Shown: positions 1 to 13,653 of the stretch, piece by piece | Position numbering within the stretch: position 1 is the first letter of the stretch | Layout: each line of letters opens with the position of its first letter | Assembly: GCA_964016885.1 (NCBI GenBank) | Contig: OZ024740.1 | Location: 43,772,001 to 43,836,000 of the forward strand | DNA: 64,000 bases | Direction: 5' to 3' | Source of the DNA: Eledone cirrhosa | Lineage: Eukaryota | Position numbers and translations under genes: made by a program | The notes under the pieces: generated by a model | What the model was told of the DNA's origin: nothing | The model's input: the letters and a program-made list of their open reading frames with translations, nothing else | Database searches by the model: none

Positions 1-830
1 CTGGCCAGTCTGTTCGTTATATCCTTCCGCCCGGGATCTATGCACAACTTTCAAAGGTCCCTGGCCTGGCAGTGCTACTGAGTAGCTTTACCAGTTCGAG
101 ACAAGCTCTACAGACACGGGCGCCCAGGCAGGGACCCTTCGAAAAAGATCTGTCCGAGATGCGTGCGCGACGAGGAAACCGTCGCACACGCATTTGTACA
201 CTGCCCGGGCGTTACCAACCTGTGGGGCTATGTAGAACGGCTATTGTCGTGGGTGGAACCGATCCAGTTGACGACCGAGTCCATTGTCATAATCAAACTG
301 CCACCCTCCTTCAAAACGAAGGAGAGGCGATTTTCCTTTGTGCGATAGCTATGGCGAAAGAGGTTGTATGGTGGACAAGGTTAAAAGGGCTGAGGTCAGG
401 CACCTTTCTCTCCGGCCATCAACTGATTCTTTTTTTCAAATACCACTTTGGAAGAAGAATCAGGATGGAGAGAGAGGTGCTGTACCCCAGCAAGTTTTAT
501 GAAAGGTGGGTGAAAGTAGCGATAATGGCCCGAGTGAATGGGCCTTCTCTCAATATCAGCCTGTAGGTTGAGGAAAATGAGGAAGAGAGAAAAGGGGTAC
601 AAACTCTTCGTACTTCTGGAGATGAGGGTTGCACATTTTTGGGGAGGTATGTGTTACCCATATGAAATGTCTCCCCCTATTGGGGAAAATCGATTAACAT
701 TTACATTTGTGATAATATTTTACCCGTTTTTATTGTATGTAAACTTCACCTTTTGTATTTGTCCCCTTCTTTTGTGCCCCTGTGGCTAATAAAGAAACAT
801 ATCTATCTATTTATCTGTTTATCTATCTGA
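1..830 (+). mobile_element. Tx1/L1-type non-LTR retrotransposon 3' end (zf-RVT region, 3' UTR, AATAAA, (ATCT)n tail); frameshifted
   Basis: CPRCVRDEETVAHAFVHC zinc-finger motif followed by a C-terminus ending TAG at 566. Close paralog of 55807-56843 and 57072-58880. AATAAA at ~788 followed by ATCT repeats. Confidence 0.85.
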
Positions 831-902
831 CTATGGTATCGAATACAATGTATTATGATATAATGTAATATAATATAATATAATATAATAGTTCAAATTT
901 TC

Positions 903-1738
903 TATCTATATATATAAAACTGATGATGTGTGTGTGTATGTCCGTACCCACATAACTTCTCCATCCTATCCGCCTTCTCCATCCCCGGCGGACAGGATGG
1001 AGAAGGCGTTTCCCCGGAGGATGGTAAGGGTGATGCGCTGGAAGAGCCATTCCAACTCGCGAGGCTCACACATGCGGCTGGTCAGCTCAGCGCCTATGGT
1101 TGTGAATAGGGTGGTAGCCCTAGGGCCAAGGACACCAGAATTCCTCACTGCCAAGGGCACGACCGCGAATCTGTCGGAGAGCGACCGGCAAGAAATCGTT
1201 CTCTCGCTCCACATAACGGCGTAATTATCCTCGCTTTTTCCCCATTCATTGCCAGGGAACGTCTTCACGAACCAAAGTATCGTCTTCCTGTTTTCCTTCG
1301 GTTGTAACGTTTTTCGAAATATTTACTTTTGCGTCCACCGATTGATTGTTTTTTAGTTTCAGAAGATCCCATTAAGAGTGAAAGCAGCGATTCTTTGCTT
1401 AAACTTTAATCCGTTCTTATAATATATATATTCTAAATCATATGCTTTCAGTTCCTTAGAGGAGTAACATCACACTCTTGATGTGAGCATATAAGTTCTG
1501 GAGTTCGCAACCGATTTTATCCAAACTTAGCACATGGGCTACGTATATTCTACCGATGAATTTGAACACTCAGAATTGGCACATATTGAGTAGGGGACCC
1601 CTGGAGACAGGAACACGTTTTTGGAAAAAGCTGATGATTTTGTACAATTATAGTTTTCGAAGAAGCACTGAAGTATTGACATAAATGCTATACATGACTG
1701 CTATTTAATACCTGAGCAACGCCTGGTACCTCTGCTTG
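903..1738 (+). mobile_element. Probable non-autonomous Helitron (composite, interrupted)
   Basis: 5' A|TCTATATATATAAAACTG..GTGTGTATGTCCGT; 3' GAGCAACGCC hairpin plus degenerate CTTG|T at 1735-1739. 1490-1738 is the reverse complement of 21581-21820 and 1200-1345 matches 22325-22470. That the pieces form one element is inferred. Confidence 0.55.
966..1200 (-). mobile_element. CRE/SLACS-like non-LTR retrotransposon C-terminal fragment (restriction-like endonuclease region)
   Basis: Translation FAVVPLAVRNSGVLGPRATTLFTTIG...EPRELEWLFQRITLTILRGNAFSIL matches the P.A.ET.G..G / QR.S.A.QRGNA pattern of RLE-bearing CRE-clade elements. Confidence 0.7.
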
Positions 1739-1859
1739 TAATATATATATTTCTAGCTATTATGCTTGGTGGGTTCTAGAAAATAACGGCACCCCCAGCC
1801 CTACCAGCCCTTTAAAAGCCTATTTTAGAATGCTCTCTCTTTCAGACGGGTCATTTTTG

Positions 1860-2640
1860 TATTAAATCTAATGATGCCATTCAATGTTTGTATAGTCTCG
1901 AGAAGAATGTAATGGTGATTCCAAACGACCTGTTCGTGATATGAGATAATTTAAAGGAATACGGACTGTTTGAAGCCAACAAACTCTCTTTGTTTGTTAA
2001 TCCTGTATAAGAATAGATTTCAGTCTTACTATAAAAGGAATTGGTGTTATAGATTCTTGGTGATTTGAAAGGATTGTGATTTCGATCTACTTGGATCTCA
2101 TCCACAATCTTAACCAGATTGTATAGATTAGTGTCGGTATTTGGAAGTAATCTCACTCTAGTTTCGATTTAACTGTAAATAAGTGAACTAAATAACCTGA
2201 CATAGCACGCAATATATCATTTTACCTATTCTAGATAGGAACATATATTACTATAAAAAAGATATATTTATTTCTGTGCATTATGTTGATCTATGTAATG
2301 TTTCTTGTAACTGTTGTGTAGTTTTATTATCTAGATTTCTTAGATAGAATCCGAATAGAATAGTGTGCATTTAAAGCCATCTACATTTGTTGTCTTTCTT
2401 ATGAGTTATTCAGATACGAGAACTCTGCGAAATCAGAGACGAAGCATGACAATCTTATCTTTATTGATAACATTTCCATAAACTCAAGATTTTTCATATT
2501 CATAATTATGAAATTCTTGAATTAGAATTCTCAAGGTTTTCTATTATCTGTTGAAATGCCTTGATGAGCCAAGTAGGTGAACAAAAGATATTTGATAATT
2601 TCCTGTGTACTTTTGTTTGATATATTGTTACTTAATAATC
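1860..2640 (-). mobile_element. Highly degraded possible Penelope-like fragment
   Basis: Weak PLE thumb-like translation (KTEIY...SNSPYSFKLS) and a decayed HHR-like TTGATGAG-cc..gg-TGAA at ~2561-2582 on the opposite strand. Confidence 0.3.
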
Positions 2641-4554
2641 ATATCAAATTATTAACTAATATGGTAGTATATGCTAAGCTGAAATCATGTATTCACACAT
2701 ATGTGAAATGGTTGTCACGAAAATGTTCGATTAATATAACCACCTGTTCGTAAAATTAAGTACATGTGATTGAACATTACCATAGATTCATGTACCGTTA
2801 ACGTAATTCTTAGGGAGATTCAGCATGAAACTGTGCGACAAGGCTGTCTCTTTGAATTACAGGTGCAGTCGATAAGACAGATTGCGAAATAGTTGCCGTT
2901 TATTCCATTTCCACCATAAGGATGGGTCCACCCTAAACTATGGTAAGTGATATGTTGGGAAAGTTTAACTTTTTGGGTTGTATTAATGGCAAGTGGACTC
3001 TTGCAATCAATATGATATATAATTTAGGCTCATGATCACTAATTTAGGGGAGTGTTATGTGGATTAATTCGACTCCAGTACACGACTGGTACATTATTTT
3101 ATCAGTCTCTTGTAGGAGGAAATACAAATTTGACCTTGGCATCATTTGAACTCAGAACATAAAGGACCACAAAGCATTTGTTTCACACACTAAGGATTTG
3201 TCCAATCCATGACCCTTCCCTGTCGTCAATACTGACGGCAATAATGATAAATATATTTCATTTTTGATGTCCACGTTTAATATGACATATATACCAAGAT
3301 TATCAGATATATGAATAATCATACAAACGGAAAAGAATCGCGTAATAGAAGCCCTATGGCTTATGTTGGTTACTAACAAGTGAAAGTGATTATCGATGAT
3401 AATAATATTTTAATAATATATTTCTACGATATAATTAAACAAATGCCCATTATGTATGTACAATTAATATGCAGGATTAAATGTACCAGTAACTCAGAAG
3501 ACAAAACTATTTACAGGGACAAATATAGGGTTAGAACGCATGACGTTGTGGTTGGAAATCAAATTTCTTATTGTAGAGACATGATTCAGATAGGAAATTC
3601 ATTGTATGTCTGTGGGTATGAGCGCGAATGTTTGTGTGTATAAATTTTATTGAGTTAAATATATACACACATATACATGCGCACTTACACACATGCTGCT
3701 TACCAAGTAATTTATTTGTTAATGTAACTAATTTAGCATCGTCTATTTACCAAAATGTACGTAACTGTGTTTGTATCTATGTATGTACGTATATCAGGTC
3801 GCTCACCAGCGCTACTGGTAATATGTAACCCAGTGCAACCTGTACATGTCGGGTCATCGGTGACTAAACCGGCAACCCCGCTAAGCTTTCTTGGTGACGA
3901 GCGTGACTCTGGACACACCCTGGATGAAAAACAAAACCCATCAAAGGGCGGAAGAACTCAGGGGTATCAACGTTTTTTTTATGTGCGGGGACTGGGGTGA
4001 CTCGTAGCCTTCATTAAGACATCTTTCTAGGAGGAGGTGACTCTCATATAAATCCTGCGACTTCGTTTGCATCCAATGATGCAGATCATTTCTTCCTTTT
4101 TGGGCAAAGGCATTCGATGTTCAGATAGTGGGAATGGCAAAGCCTTTCCTCACTTTAAAATGTTTCAAGCACAGGCATCACTTGATATGTGACATTTTTT
4201 GCGATATATGGTATTCCTGGCGAGTTAGATGAAACATAGAAACGGACAAGTGTGTAGGCACAAAGAAGTGACTGGACGGAGGAAATAAAGAGAGTCAATG
4301 TATAAGACAAGTTCACATTCATATCTTCACCCTCATCAGCTGTCATACCATCAAATATGGTTTTGCACGTTTTAACTGAAAGTGCTATTTTAAAATTGCT
4401 GTATCATGCAAAAGAAAAATAAATATTTCTGCTGGTATGATGTGTGTGTGTGATAAAACAAATAGAACAGGTAGATAGGCAGACGGGTTAAAGAATGAAG
4501 TAATATGTGTCCTATCGACACTAAGCCACCGCTAGGAAAGACACCAAAACGTAA

Positions 4555-5107
4555 TTGAGCACCCTGTGAACAAAGTTTGCACATGTTCTGATCATCATAA
4601 AAAACTCTGTTACTGTTTAGCTATCGCGAGAAGAGATGCACGACGGACCTTGTCCAGAAATTTGCGAATTACTCGACCAGCATTGGCGCCCTGGTGTCCA
4701 TCTCCCTGCATTCCTCTCGTCGTCGCTCATCTGCTCCCTGCTCTCCTGAAACCTCTTGTGCCAGCGGAAAACAGGTGCCCGACTCAAGAAAGTTAGTCCG
4801 TAAGCTGTTTTGAGTATTTCATAGGCTTCTGCATCGTTTTTGCCGAGTTTGACACAAAACGTTATTGCATATCAAGCCTCCAAGCTGCCCCCACATCCCG
4901 ACTACATTGTGGAACCAGTCAGCTGTGACAAGACGTGTATGACGGGTAATGTTTAAAGTGGTGTAGCGGCCCGAATGTTCAACCGAAAAAAAAAAAGATT
5001 TGGCATGTTAGTTTATTATAACCTTAACAATAATGTATTAGAGTAACATTTACATAGAACAATTAAAGTGCCTGGAAAGACAGCCTCAAAACTTCTTGAG
5101 TGCTCCT

Positions 5108-5110
<3 letters not shown>
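4555..5110 (-). mobile_element. Mariner/Tc1 DNA transposon 5' half (HTH region of transposase, decayed)
   Basis: Minus-strand translation YAITFCVKLGKNDAEAYEILKTAYG...SRAPVFRWHKRFQESREQMSDDER resembles the mariner N-terminal HTH. TIR-like CGAGGAGCACTCAAGAAGTTTTGAGGC at ~5083-5109. Confidence 0.8.
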
Positions 5111-5142
<32 letters not shown>

Positions 5143-5851
5143 GTAGGAGGTGAGTTCTATTGTTGATTTAAAACTGTTTTATATGTTGATTTAAAACTGC
5201 ACTATCCACAAGTGTTTTTTAACCTTCATATCATGTCCTATTTTATCTGATGAAAACACAAATGTTATTGCATGATGATATTTGTTTTTGAAATGCGCAT
5301 AATAAAATACATGGAACTCATTTAACCATCTTTTGATCTGATATATTATATATATATATACACACACATCAAATAATGGTAGTTAAGTTGGGATTAAATC
5401 ACCATAATTGTTTATTGTATTATATATATTTCTGTTACATGGTTATTCATGTGACTTCATCAGATGTTTACGCAACCATTAGTGCAGTTATGCAATCATT
5501 GTGATATGTGGCTGGCCATGCACGTCCATCCAGTAGTGAAGTGGTTCGGCATATAATGAAATACACAATTATAGTCATTTAACCCCGTCTCAACTACCAT
5601 TATTTGATGCCGAAGTTAACTTTGCCTTTCATCCTTACGGAGTCGATACAATAAAGTACCATAATGCACTGGGTCATTGCTGGCCTTGCGGCAAATGTAG
5701 GAAAAGTAGAAATAGTTATTTAATAAATGAATACTCCGTCACTCATTATCCCCTACCTGGGATAAACTAATGACGTGTAATGCTTTCATTCGCTAGGACC
5801 TGCTTATCATCGGGAAGTTACTACCTAACAACTAAGATGAACAACACTCTT

Positions 5852-5917
<66 letters not shown>

Positions 5918-6566
5918 GAGGTACCATCTGCCATCTGTTTAAGTCTGTATTGACATGTTTAATGTGAAGAACATGAAAAGAAAACTAACAAGATATATTT
6001 ATACCGTGTGAAAAATGTGTAATTAATCAATGACAAACACTATTTATATTTTGAGGACAATACGGAAGACAACACTGAACATATTTCGATATTTTCATTT
6101 GAATGTATGTGTATGGATCCATAACACCTGATGGATTTGCAATGGCGCCGTAATTACATACAGGGTTATATGGGTATTTTTAATCATGGCGGAGCCCATT
6201 TCCTATCCAAATCTGGACACTGCAGATTTCTTCCAGAGAGAGGAGGGGGGGGGGGGGGAGAGGGGGGGAGAGGGGGGAGGGGGGGGGGGAGGAAGAATGG
6301 ACCCCAATACTAGACCGGTACTTTATTTATCGCCCTCAAAATGATGTAAGGCAAATTCTCTTGAACAGAGGGGGTGAAATAGAGTATCACATGAATGCTT
6401 TTTACAAGAGGCATTAGTAATACTGTAGAATTTAAACATGATCTGCTCTCATCACCAGATTATTTCCCAACAGAGTCACTCACCACTTTGTGCTTTACTA
6501 ATAAAGCTATAAATCTATGTTATCTATGAACCGGTAAATCATGGTGCAGCTGCAGGAGCGGGAGAC

Positions 6567-6610
6567 ATCGTCCTGACGAGTACCAGTTATGTTCAAAATG
6601 CATCGACGAT
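6567..6610 (+). ncRNA. Minimal type-I hammerhead ribozyme motif (G12 mutated to A)
   Basis: atcgtc-CTGACGA-gtac(cagttat)gttc-AAAA-T-GC-ATC-gacgat: 6-bp stem I and palindromic ATGCAT stem III. Confidence 0.6.
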
Positions 6611-6781
6611 TGGTCCCCTTGCTCTTGCCAGGCACCGCCTGGTGGCGTTAGCGGCTAGTTGGTTATTCATAGCTACGGCTTTCTAAATATTTATTTATAA
6701 ACATACCATATTTCTTTAGAAATACCAAATACAAATGCTTATTTGTATACAGCTATGTTCGAAGCTAAATTCTAATTATCT

Positions 6782-6981
<200 letters not shown>

Positions 6982-7152
6982 AGTTAAAACAATGAAATAA
7001 AAATCAAGTCATTAGAGATATACTTCACGGCTTTACGATCGTTTCTAGGTGATGATAATACATTGTTGGTATACTTCGTTATTGTTCTATGTAAGGTTAG
7101 TTACAAAATATCAGATAAAGAGAATATTTACTTACATGCATATCACCAGCTG

Positions 7153-7232
<80 letters not shown>

Positions 7233-7262
7233 AGTAGTAACACAACAGTTAGTTCCCCATGT

Positions 7263-7301
7263 CGAGGACAATTGTTTTACCTTATGCGGATCTTCAGCTC
7301 G
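7263..7301 (-). ncRNA. Minimal hammerhead ribozyme motif in a fold-back insert
   Basis: Minus strand: cgag-CTGAAGA-tcc(gcataa)ggt-AAAAC-aatt-GTC-ctcg. The inverted copy at ~7347-7373 retains GAAAC-aatt-GTT-ctcg. Confidence 0.65.
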
Positions 7302-7483
7302 TACTGGTCATGGTTATACGAAACAGGAAGAACAACCGTATGAACACGCATAAGGTGAAACAATTGTTCTCGGTATGGTGAACTAACTGTTGTCTTATTA
7401 CTTCTACCAAACTCGTCCCATGGACCGAGTGCTCTACCATTACGGATATTACCTTCCAGCCTTCTACCTGTCTCTCTCTCGCT

Positions 7484-7559
<76 letters not shown>

Positions 7560-7561
<2 letters not shown>

Positions 7562-7760
7562 CAAAGAAGGTGTGGCAGGATACCATGTGGGCCATAACGC
7601 ACCCGAGTACTTGATAATTAGCGCAGTAGAGTTGGTAATAGGAAAAGAAACTGGACCCCTACGGCTGAGCGCCGGCCGTTTCGACAGCTAGATCCGAACT
7701 GTTCGGATCTAGCTCTCTAAACGGCCGGAGCTCAGCTGTCGGGGACCTGAGTTGTTTCTT
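7560..7760 (-). mobile_element. Short fold-back repeat family A (PLE-end-like) between TA tracts
   Basis: Palindrome centred at ~7700 (gatccgaac-t-gttcggatc). Homologous to 16089-16213, 41320-41526, 46727-46865 and 50777-50964. Confidence 0.75.
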
Positions 7761-8884
7761 ATATATATATATATCAGGTTAATATGAGTAAGTTAAACAA
7801 TTTTTCACATTTTTCATTGTTTTGTTTTGATTTACGCTCTAATTCCTGCTATTAATTTTCTCTCTCACTCACTTATTGAATCGTTTAAGTTGTGAAATAG
7901 ACTGGTTTACGCACGTGGCTGGTCTCTAACCAGCACGCTACTCTATATCGCTGTGTAATGGATGTTGGCATTTAATTCCCGGATAAAGGTTTCAGACACT
8001 ATCACTGTTATATCGCGATCCTCTTGCCATGGGACTTGGAGACTAGAGCCGAATGATACCATTCTATTATACAACGACATGAGACTGCTTTTTCTAATAA
8101 CCAATTTTTCACTATCTTATTAATTTGTGTTTGAGCCACGTTGGCTGAGAGCTTATGACGGGAGCAGAAAGATTTGTTTTCTAATCTCCTGCCATCACGG
8201 AAATTTATAAATCGGTGTCCGATCGAGGGACAGCATTATATCAGATTCCAGTTACTAATCACTTTACTGTGACGGCCGTCACAAGCAGTCATAGCCGGCA
8301 TGGACTGGAGTCGAATTCTGTCGATCGATTGGTTATTGGTTAGGCGATACCCGCTGATGAAGTCACATGCACCGATTATGCATTGTTGCATATTATATGT
8401 AGACGGAGGGTGCAGTGCACCCTACTGCTGCATTAAGTGTGGCAGAAACTCGAGTTCGGGAACTACTATAGGTACCCGTTTACGTGTGTTGTATTGAAGA
8501 GAATAACTGTGTGTATACCCTGGGAGTGTATTTTACATTACCTATTGAGTACGCTGAGGTGCAACCGGTCCGTCCTAGCATTGATACCTATGCTGGGTCC
8601 GTCAACCTCTTCTTCTTATATATATATATATATATATATATATCATTAGAAAGTGAACAACACAAAATACAACTACTCCATTACCAAAGGTTTGTGGATC
8701 ACAGACGATAATAATATAATATACGTCTGGATGGGTCGTCAGACAGAGATGTTATATCAGACAGAGTAGTTATATTTTGTGTTGTTCCCTTTCTAATTAA
8801 ATAGCTCTGTTCTATACATAGAGCACCATTTTTCCTTTGATTTTGCTTAGGAATTACCAAACATATATATATATATATATGTAG

Positions 8885-8919
<35 letters not shown>

Positions 8920-8954
8920 ACAGAATAAGCAAAACTATGTTCAAAACATTTTAT

Positions 8955-9001
8955 TGCTGACAATCGTTTCTTCCAAACTTTCGTTTGGAATCATCGAAGC
9001 A
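8955..9001 (-). ncRNA. Minimal hammerhead ribozyme, variant core TCGATGA
   Basis: tgct-TCGATGA-ttccaaac(gaaa)gtttggaa-GAAAC-gatt-GTC-agca: perfect 8-bp stem II. A decayed copy lies at 10700-10746 (+). Confidence 0.75.
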
Positions 9002-10057
9002 CTAGCAAAGTTTAGACATATAATTAACCTCCTATTCCACAGAACAATTGTAAAGATACGTAGATATTAGTGTCGTCATTAACAGTGTCACTCTCTGAAA
9101 ACTAGGAATAGACCATATACACTTCAATGGGAAGTAATAGATAGGGCCGCATCGTATAAACCCCCGAATAGATTATGTAACCCCTGTCTCCTAGAGACTC
9201 GCACTATAATCTATTCAAAGCTAAACCTTTTAAATAGAAGATCAGAAATTGTTTCCATGTGCCAACACTACACTCTTTCCACAACTTAAAACCTAGCTGC
9301 TAGTATATAACAATGTCAGATCTGGATACCTCACCACCGTTAACACTTTACTTCTAGGTTTTATCAGCATATAATTACCCCCACAGTATCACAGTCTATG
9401 ATCAGCTCATTCCTCCACTTATCTCCTGTTTATCTCAGATCTTATACTCTACAATAACTATTTGGAATAAACATAAAGTTACCAACACTATTATAACTGC
9501 CAAGGTTAACTTTGCCTTTCATCCTTACGGGGTCGATAAAATAAAGTACCAGTAATGAACTGGATAACTGTGGCCTTGTGCCAAAAGTAGAAACAATTAT
9601 TATAACTGCAATATCTTCCTTACTAATATTTCATTCATTCAATTAATATATGGATAGGTAGTGATAAAATGAGACCTTTAAAATATTATATAGAAAAAAG
9701 ATTGTAAATAAAGTTAAATATATAAATTTAAAAATAAATAACATTATATAAAATGATTCACTTATAACATAATATATTGTATATTAACACATAGAATTTA
9801 ACTAATTGGAGTTGTAAACAACTATACATTTTTCTCTTATACACAATTTAATCGCCAATTACCTCCCCTTTCCCATTAGCTCCCCTTAGTGTAGATCTCT
9901 AATCACTTCCTGAAATTAAACCGTTAGACAGATCACTCCAGAACAATTCTAACCCTTGATAAGATTGTAATAGGACCAATATACAATCCATAGTTGTAGC
10001 TACTGATAAACATTTACTAAAAGATAACCAATGTAATGGAAAGGAAAACCTTGATAT

Positions 10058-10240
10058 TAATTGTTTCTACTTTTGGCACAAAGCCAGCAATTACCCAGTA
10101 CATTACTGGTACTTTATTTTATCGACCCCCATAAGGATGAAAGGCAAAGTTAACCTCTACGGGATTTGAACTCAGACCGTAAAGGGACGTAACTATGCTA
10201 GAAAGCATGGCGTCCAACCCTCTACCGGTACTGCCAATTC
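10058..10240 (-). mobile_element. tRNA-derived SINE family 1
   Basis: A box TGGCAGTACCGG, B box GAGTTCAAATCC, core CTTTGCCTTTCATCCTTA.GGGGTCGATAAAATAAAGTACCAG. Partial copies at 5608-5720 and 9497-9600. Confidence 0.9.
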
Positions 10241-11247
10241 ACACAAAACATGCACATTTGAACATTACCGGAACAATTATCACATTGCTTCCACCATAAA
10301 CTTCATAGAAACTGCTTTTCATACCCACGCATCTCTGTCTGCTTAATATGCTTTTATACCTGTATTGTATTATGTGATACCTTTGTCATACTGTGATATA
10401 TATGCTTAGTACCATTGCGTGTTTCTCACATGGTTATTCTGTAAATGCCTAATACCTCTGTACTCTTTCTATACGTTTGCATATGTACCGCTAATGTCCT
10501 CATTTTGCGAGTAACTTTCTTCTTTAAATCTTCTATTATTGTTGTATTATTCTTTTATAATCTTTGTCGCATCCACTGATACTGACCACATCATCTTCAC
10601 TATTTAAATATGACACTGTTAATGATAACACTAATATCTACGTATCTTTACAATTGTTCTGTGGAATAGGAATTTAATTATATTTCTAAACTTTGCTAGT
10701 GCTACGATGATATCAAACGAAAGTTCGGAAGAAACGATTGTCAGCAATAAAATGTTTTGAACATAGTTTTGATTATTCTGTAATTTATATTCCGGCTCTG
10801 TAAAACATCTGATGTATTTACATTGAGCTATTTTTCTTACTGGTAATAAGGTGGTAATGAATTACTGACCTCTCCTGTTTATAATTATATATAGTGTATA
10901 TATAAGTATAAATATTATATATATATATATATAAATATAAATTTAGCGAGAATCGCATTTCAGCGGGTAGAAATTAGCGAAACGCAACTTCCATTTTGTG
11001 TAGACAAGCGCTTCATGGATATGAAGATACCAGAGCTATAAACATAAGTTAAAAAGGTCATACAAACTGAGACGATGGTTAAGAAGCCATTAACCACCAT
11101 ATATTTATATATGGGATAACAAATTATCGTTATAGGTAATCCAGTTAGAGGTTGTGAGTACTCTGTATTGTGGATAGTTTTAATGTATGGCGTTGTTTGA
11201 CTCTACAAGAGGATTCTTTATTTAGGTAGCGAATTCTATTTTGTAGT

Positions 11248-12365
11248 GTGCACTTATCCGGTAAGTGGCAGAATAGATGCCTGGAATCAAATATAGTGTA
11301 CCTGTCTACTATCATTTCGGGCAACTTAGCATGGCATTACATAGGTTCTACGGCAGGGGAATTCAAAACAAGATGGTATGTTCACAGACATTCTATGAAG
11401 AACCGTAGACTAGAGAACAAACAACGCTGGCCAATAAAATCTGGCAGGTTAAAGACACAAACCAAAAATACAGTATTAGCTGGTAGAAATTATCGGCAGC
11501 AAAGGCCTACGCGACAATGGAATGTCCCACTGCGAACTTTGCAATATGGAGCTGTTCCATATTTTAAAGTATGACAAAATTCTGCTGAACAGCAAAATAG
11601 AACGTTCAATTTTCGGTAGGCACAAAGCAGCTACTAAATTCGCAAATTTCAAACCAACATGATTCGATCCAACAAATCCATAATTCAAGCTGAACCACCC
11701 GGAGTCTGTTATGATAACTACATCCCAACCCACTATTATTAACTGTTAACAGACCAACTAATCACTGAATCAACATTATAAATCTCCTAACCTTTCTTTC
11801 ACTCTCTCTCCCTAAAGCTATTTCACCTCTTCCCTTGTATCCTATCCTGTATCTCTTCACCTTTCACCTAATTTCTAATTTATTAAATTTATCTTTTATC
11901 TGTATTTATTATTATATTCATTCTTCCTATTCTAACACTATGTGATTTAACCAATACATATGTATATATTTGGTATTTATTTTCATATTAATAGTATTTA
12001 CACCCTCATCACATCTTTATACTTACTCACCACTATAACTTTAACAACCACCACCACCCTCACCATCACTATTATCAACAATCGTATTATGGTCATATTT
12101 GTTTAACTTATTTTTTATCATCTTCATTCTAACTTCTTTATTATTATTTAATCTTTTACTTTCTTTATTATTGATGTTGTTATTTGAATTCTCCGTTTTA
12201 TAAATACAAACCCCGTTAATCCGATAATTTGATTAGGCATACACTGTATTTAAGGTCGAGTGACACAACTTCGAGTGATTAACGGTCTACCTAATCAATG
12301 AAACAATTGTTGATACTGTAAATAAAACCCTTTTTGTACTGTTGACCATGTTATTCTTCACTCTT

Positions 12366-12370
<5 letters not shown>
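11248..12370 (+). mobile_element. Penelope-like element 3' fragment (GIY-YIG endonuclease plus 3' UTR)
   Basis: CLESNIVYLSTIISGNLAWHYIGSTAGEFKTRWYVHRHS (IVY..YIG motif), frameshifted. Ends in a TA tract. Confidence 0.85.
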
Positions 12371-12400
<30 letters not shown>

Positions 12401-12451
12401 TACGAAAGGGAAAAGAAACCACACAGCGACTTTGTCACCTTTTAATTCATA

Positions 12452-12500
12452 CTAGCAGAATGGCCCGGCGTTGCTCGCGATTTGCTCTAGGGTTCTTATA
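12452..12500 (-). mobile_element. Helitron 3' terminus
   Basis: Minus strand GAGCAACGCCGGGCCATTCTGCTAG|T, the same motif as at 21581 and 24951. Confidence 0.7.
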
Positions 12501-12545
12501 TATTTGATATATATTTATCCTTATCGAGCCTCGTGAAATAAATAC

Positions 12546-12584
<39 letters not shown>

Positions 12585-12765
12585 ACACAATGAAGAAGAC
12601 AATAATGATTTATTCAACCATATTTTATTTATTATAAAATAGCTGTTACATGTATTTCCACGTATCTGTATTATTATCGGGACATTTTGGTTTGCATCGT
12701 TGGTTCACCACTACCGGTAGTCAACACTTGCTTTTTAGTATATATAGATACATACATACATACAC

Positions 12766-12820
<55 letters not shown>

Positions 12821-13100
12821 TATATATATATACATAGATGTATGTATATATGTGTATATATACATATATATATGTCCATATGTATATATGTATATATATA
12901 TATATATATTGTTATGCTTTGGGAGGGTCATGTTGCCAATAAGAAACACACGCACCATGCTTTCACTCCAATTTACTATTAATTAAATTTATAAATTTAA
13001 GAATTTATAAATTTTCGGTTGGACGGTTGTTCATATATTGTCAAAGTTCTTTCGTCACAGTGACTGGGGATTCTTTTCTTTGTTTTTGTGCCTCTCCCCA

Positions 13101-13143
13101 GTCACTGAAGAGGTCACAGAATGTGTGACGAAAGAACTTTGAC
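13101..13143 (+). ncRNA. Minimal hammerhead ribozyme (CUU cleavage triplet)
   Basis: gtca-CTGAAGA-g-gtcaca(gaatg)tgtgac-GAAA-G-aa-CTT-tgac. Confidence 0.7.
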
Positions 13144-13366
13144 AATATATGAACAACCGTCCGGTTGTGGAACCAACCAACCAACCGGAAATTTATAAAT
13201 TCTTAAATTTATAAATTGGAGTGAAAGCGTCGGGTGCGTGTGTTTCTTATTGGCAACATGACCCTCCCAAAGTATAACAATATCGGTTTCAACACACGTT
13301 TTCAGATAAAGAATCTTGCTAAACAAATTCAGAAACGAAATATATATATATATATATATATATAAA

Positions 13367-13560
13367 TATGTATACGCACATGCACACACGGATACATGCA
13401 TGCATACACACACCCACACACATAAATATATAGATAGATGTATGTATATATGTATATATATATATACATATGTATACGCACATGCACACACGGATACATG
13501 CATGCATACACACACCCACACACATAAATATATAGATAGATGTATGTATATATGTATATA
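13367..13560. repeat. Tandem duplication, ~102-bp unit, two copies
   Basis: tgcacacacggatacatg recurs at 13381 and 13483. Confidence 0.9.
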
Positions 13561-13606
13561 TATATATATACATATATATATGTATATATATATATGTATA
13601 CATATA

Positions 13607-13653
<47 letters not shown>

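Larger units (their letters stand above)
8917..10890 (+). mobile_element. 5'-truncated Penelope-like element with inverted pLTR at its 5' end; two SINEs nested inside
   Basis: 9108-9290 encodes PYTLQWEVIDRAASYKPPNRLCNPCLLETRTII..LLNRRSEIVSMCQH (PLE GIY-YIG C-terminus). 8917-9090 is an inverted copy of 10611-10784, and both copies carry an HHR. Confidence 0.85.

Noticed and set aside
3824-4010. GC-richer segment resembling a LINE 5' UTR
   Set aside because: No adjacent ORF or second copy in the window to support a call.
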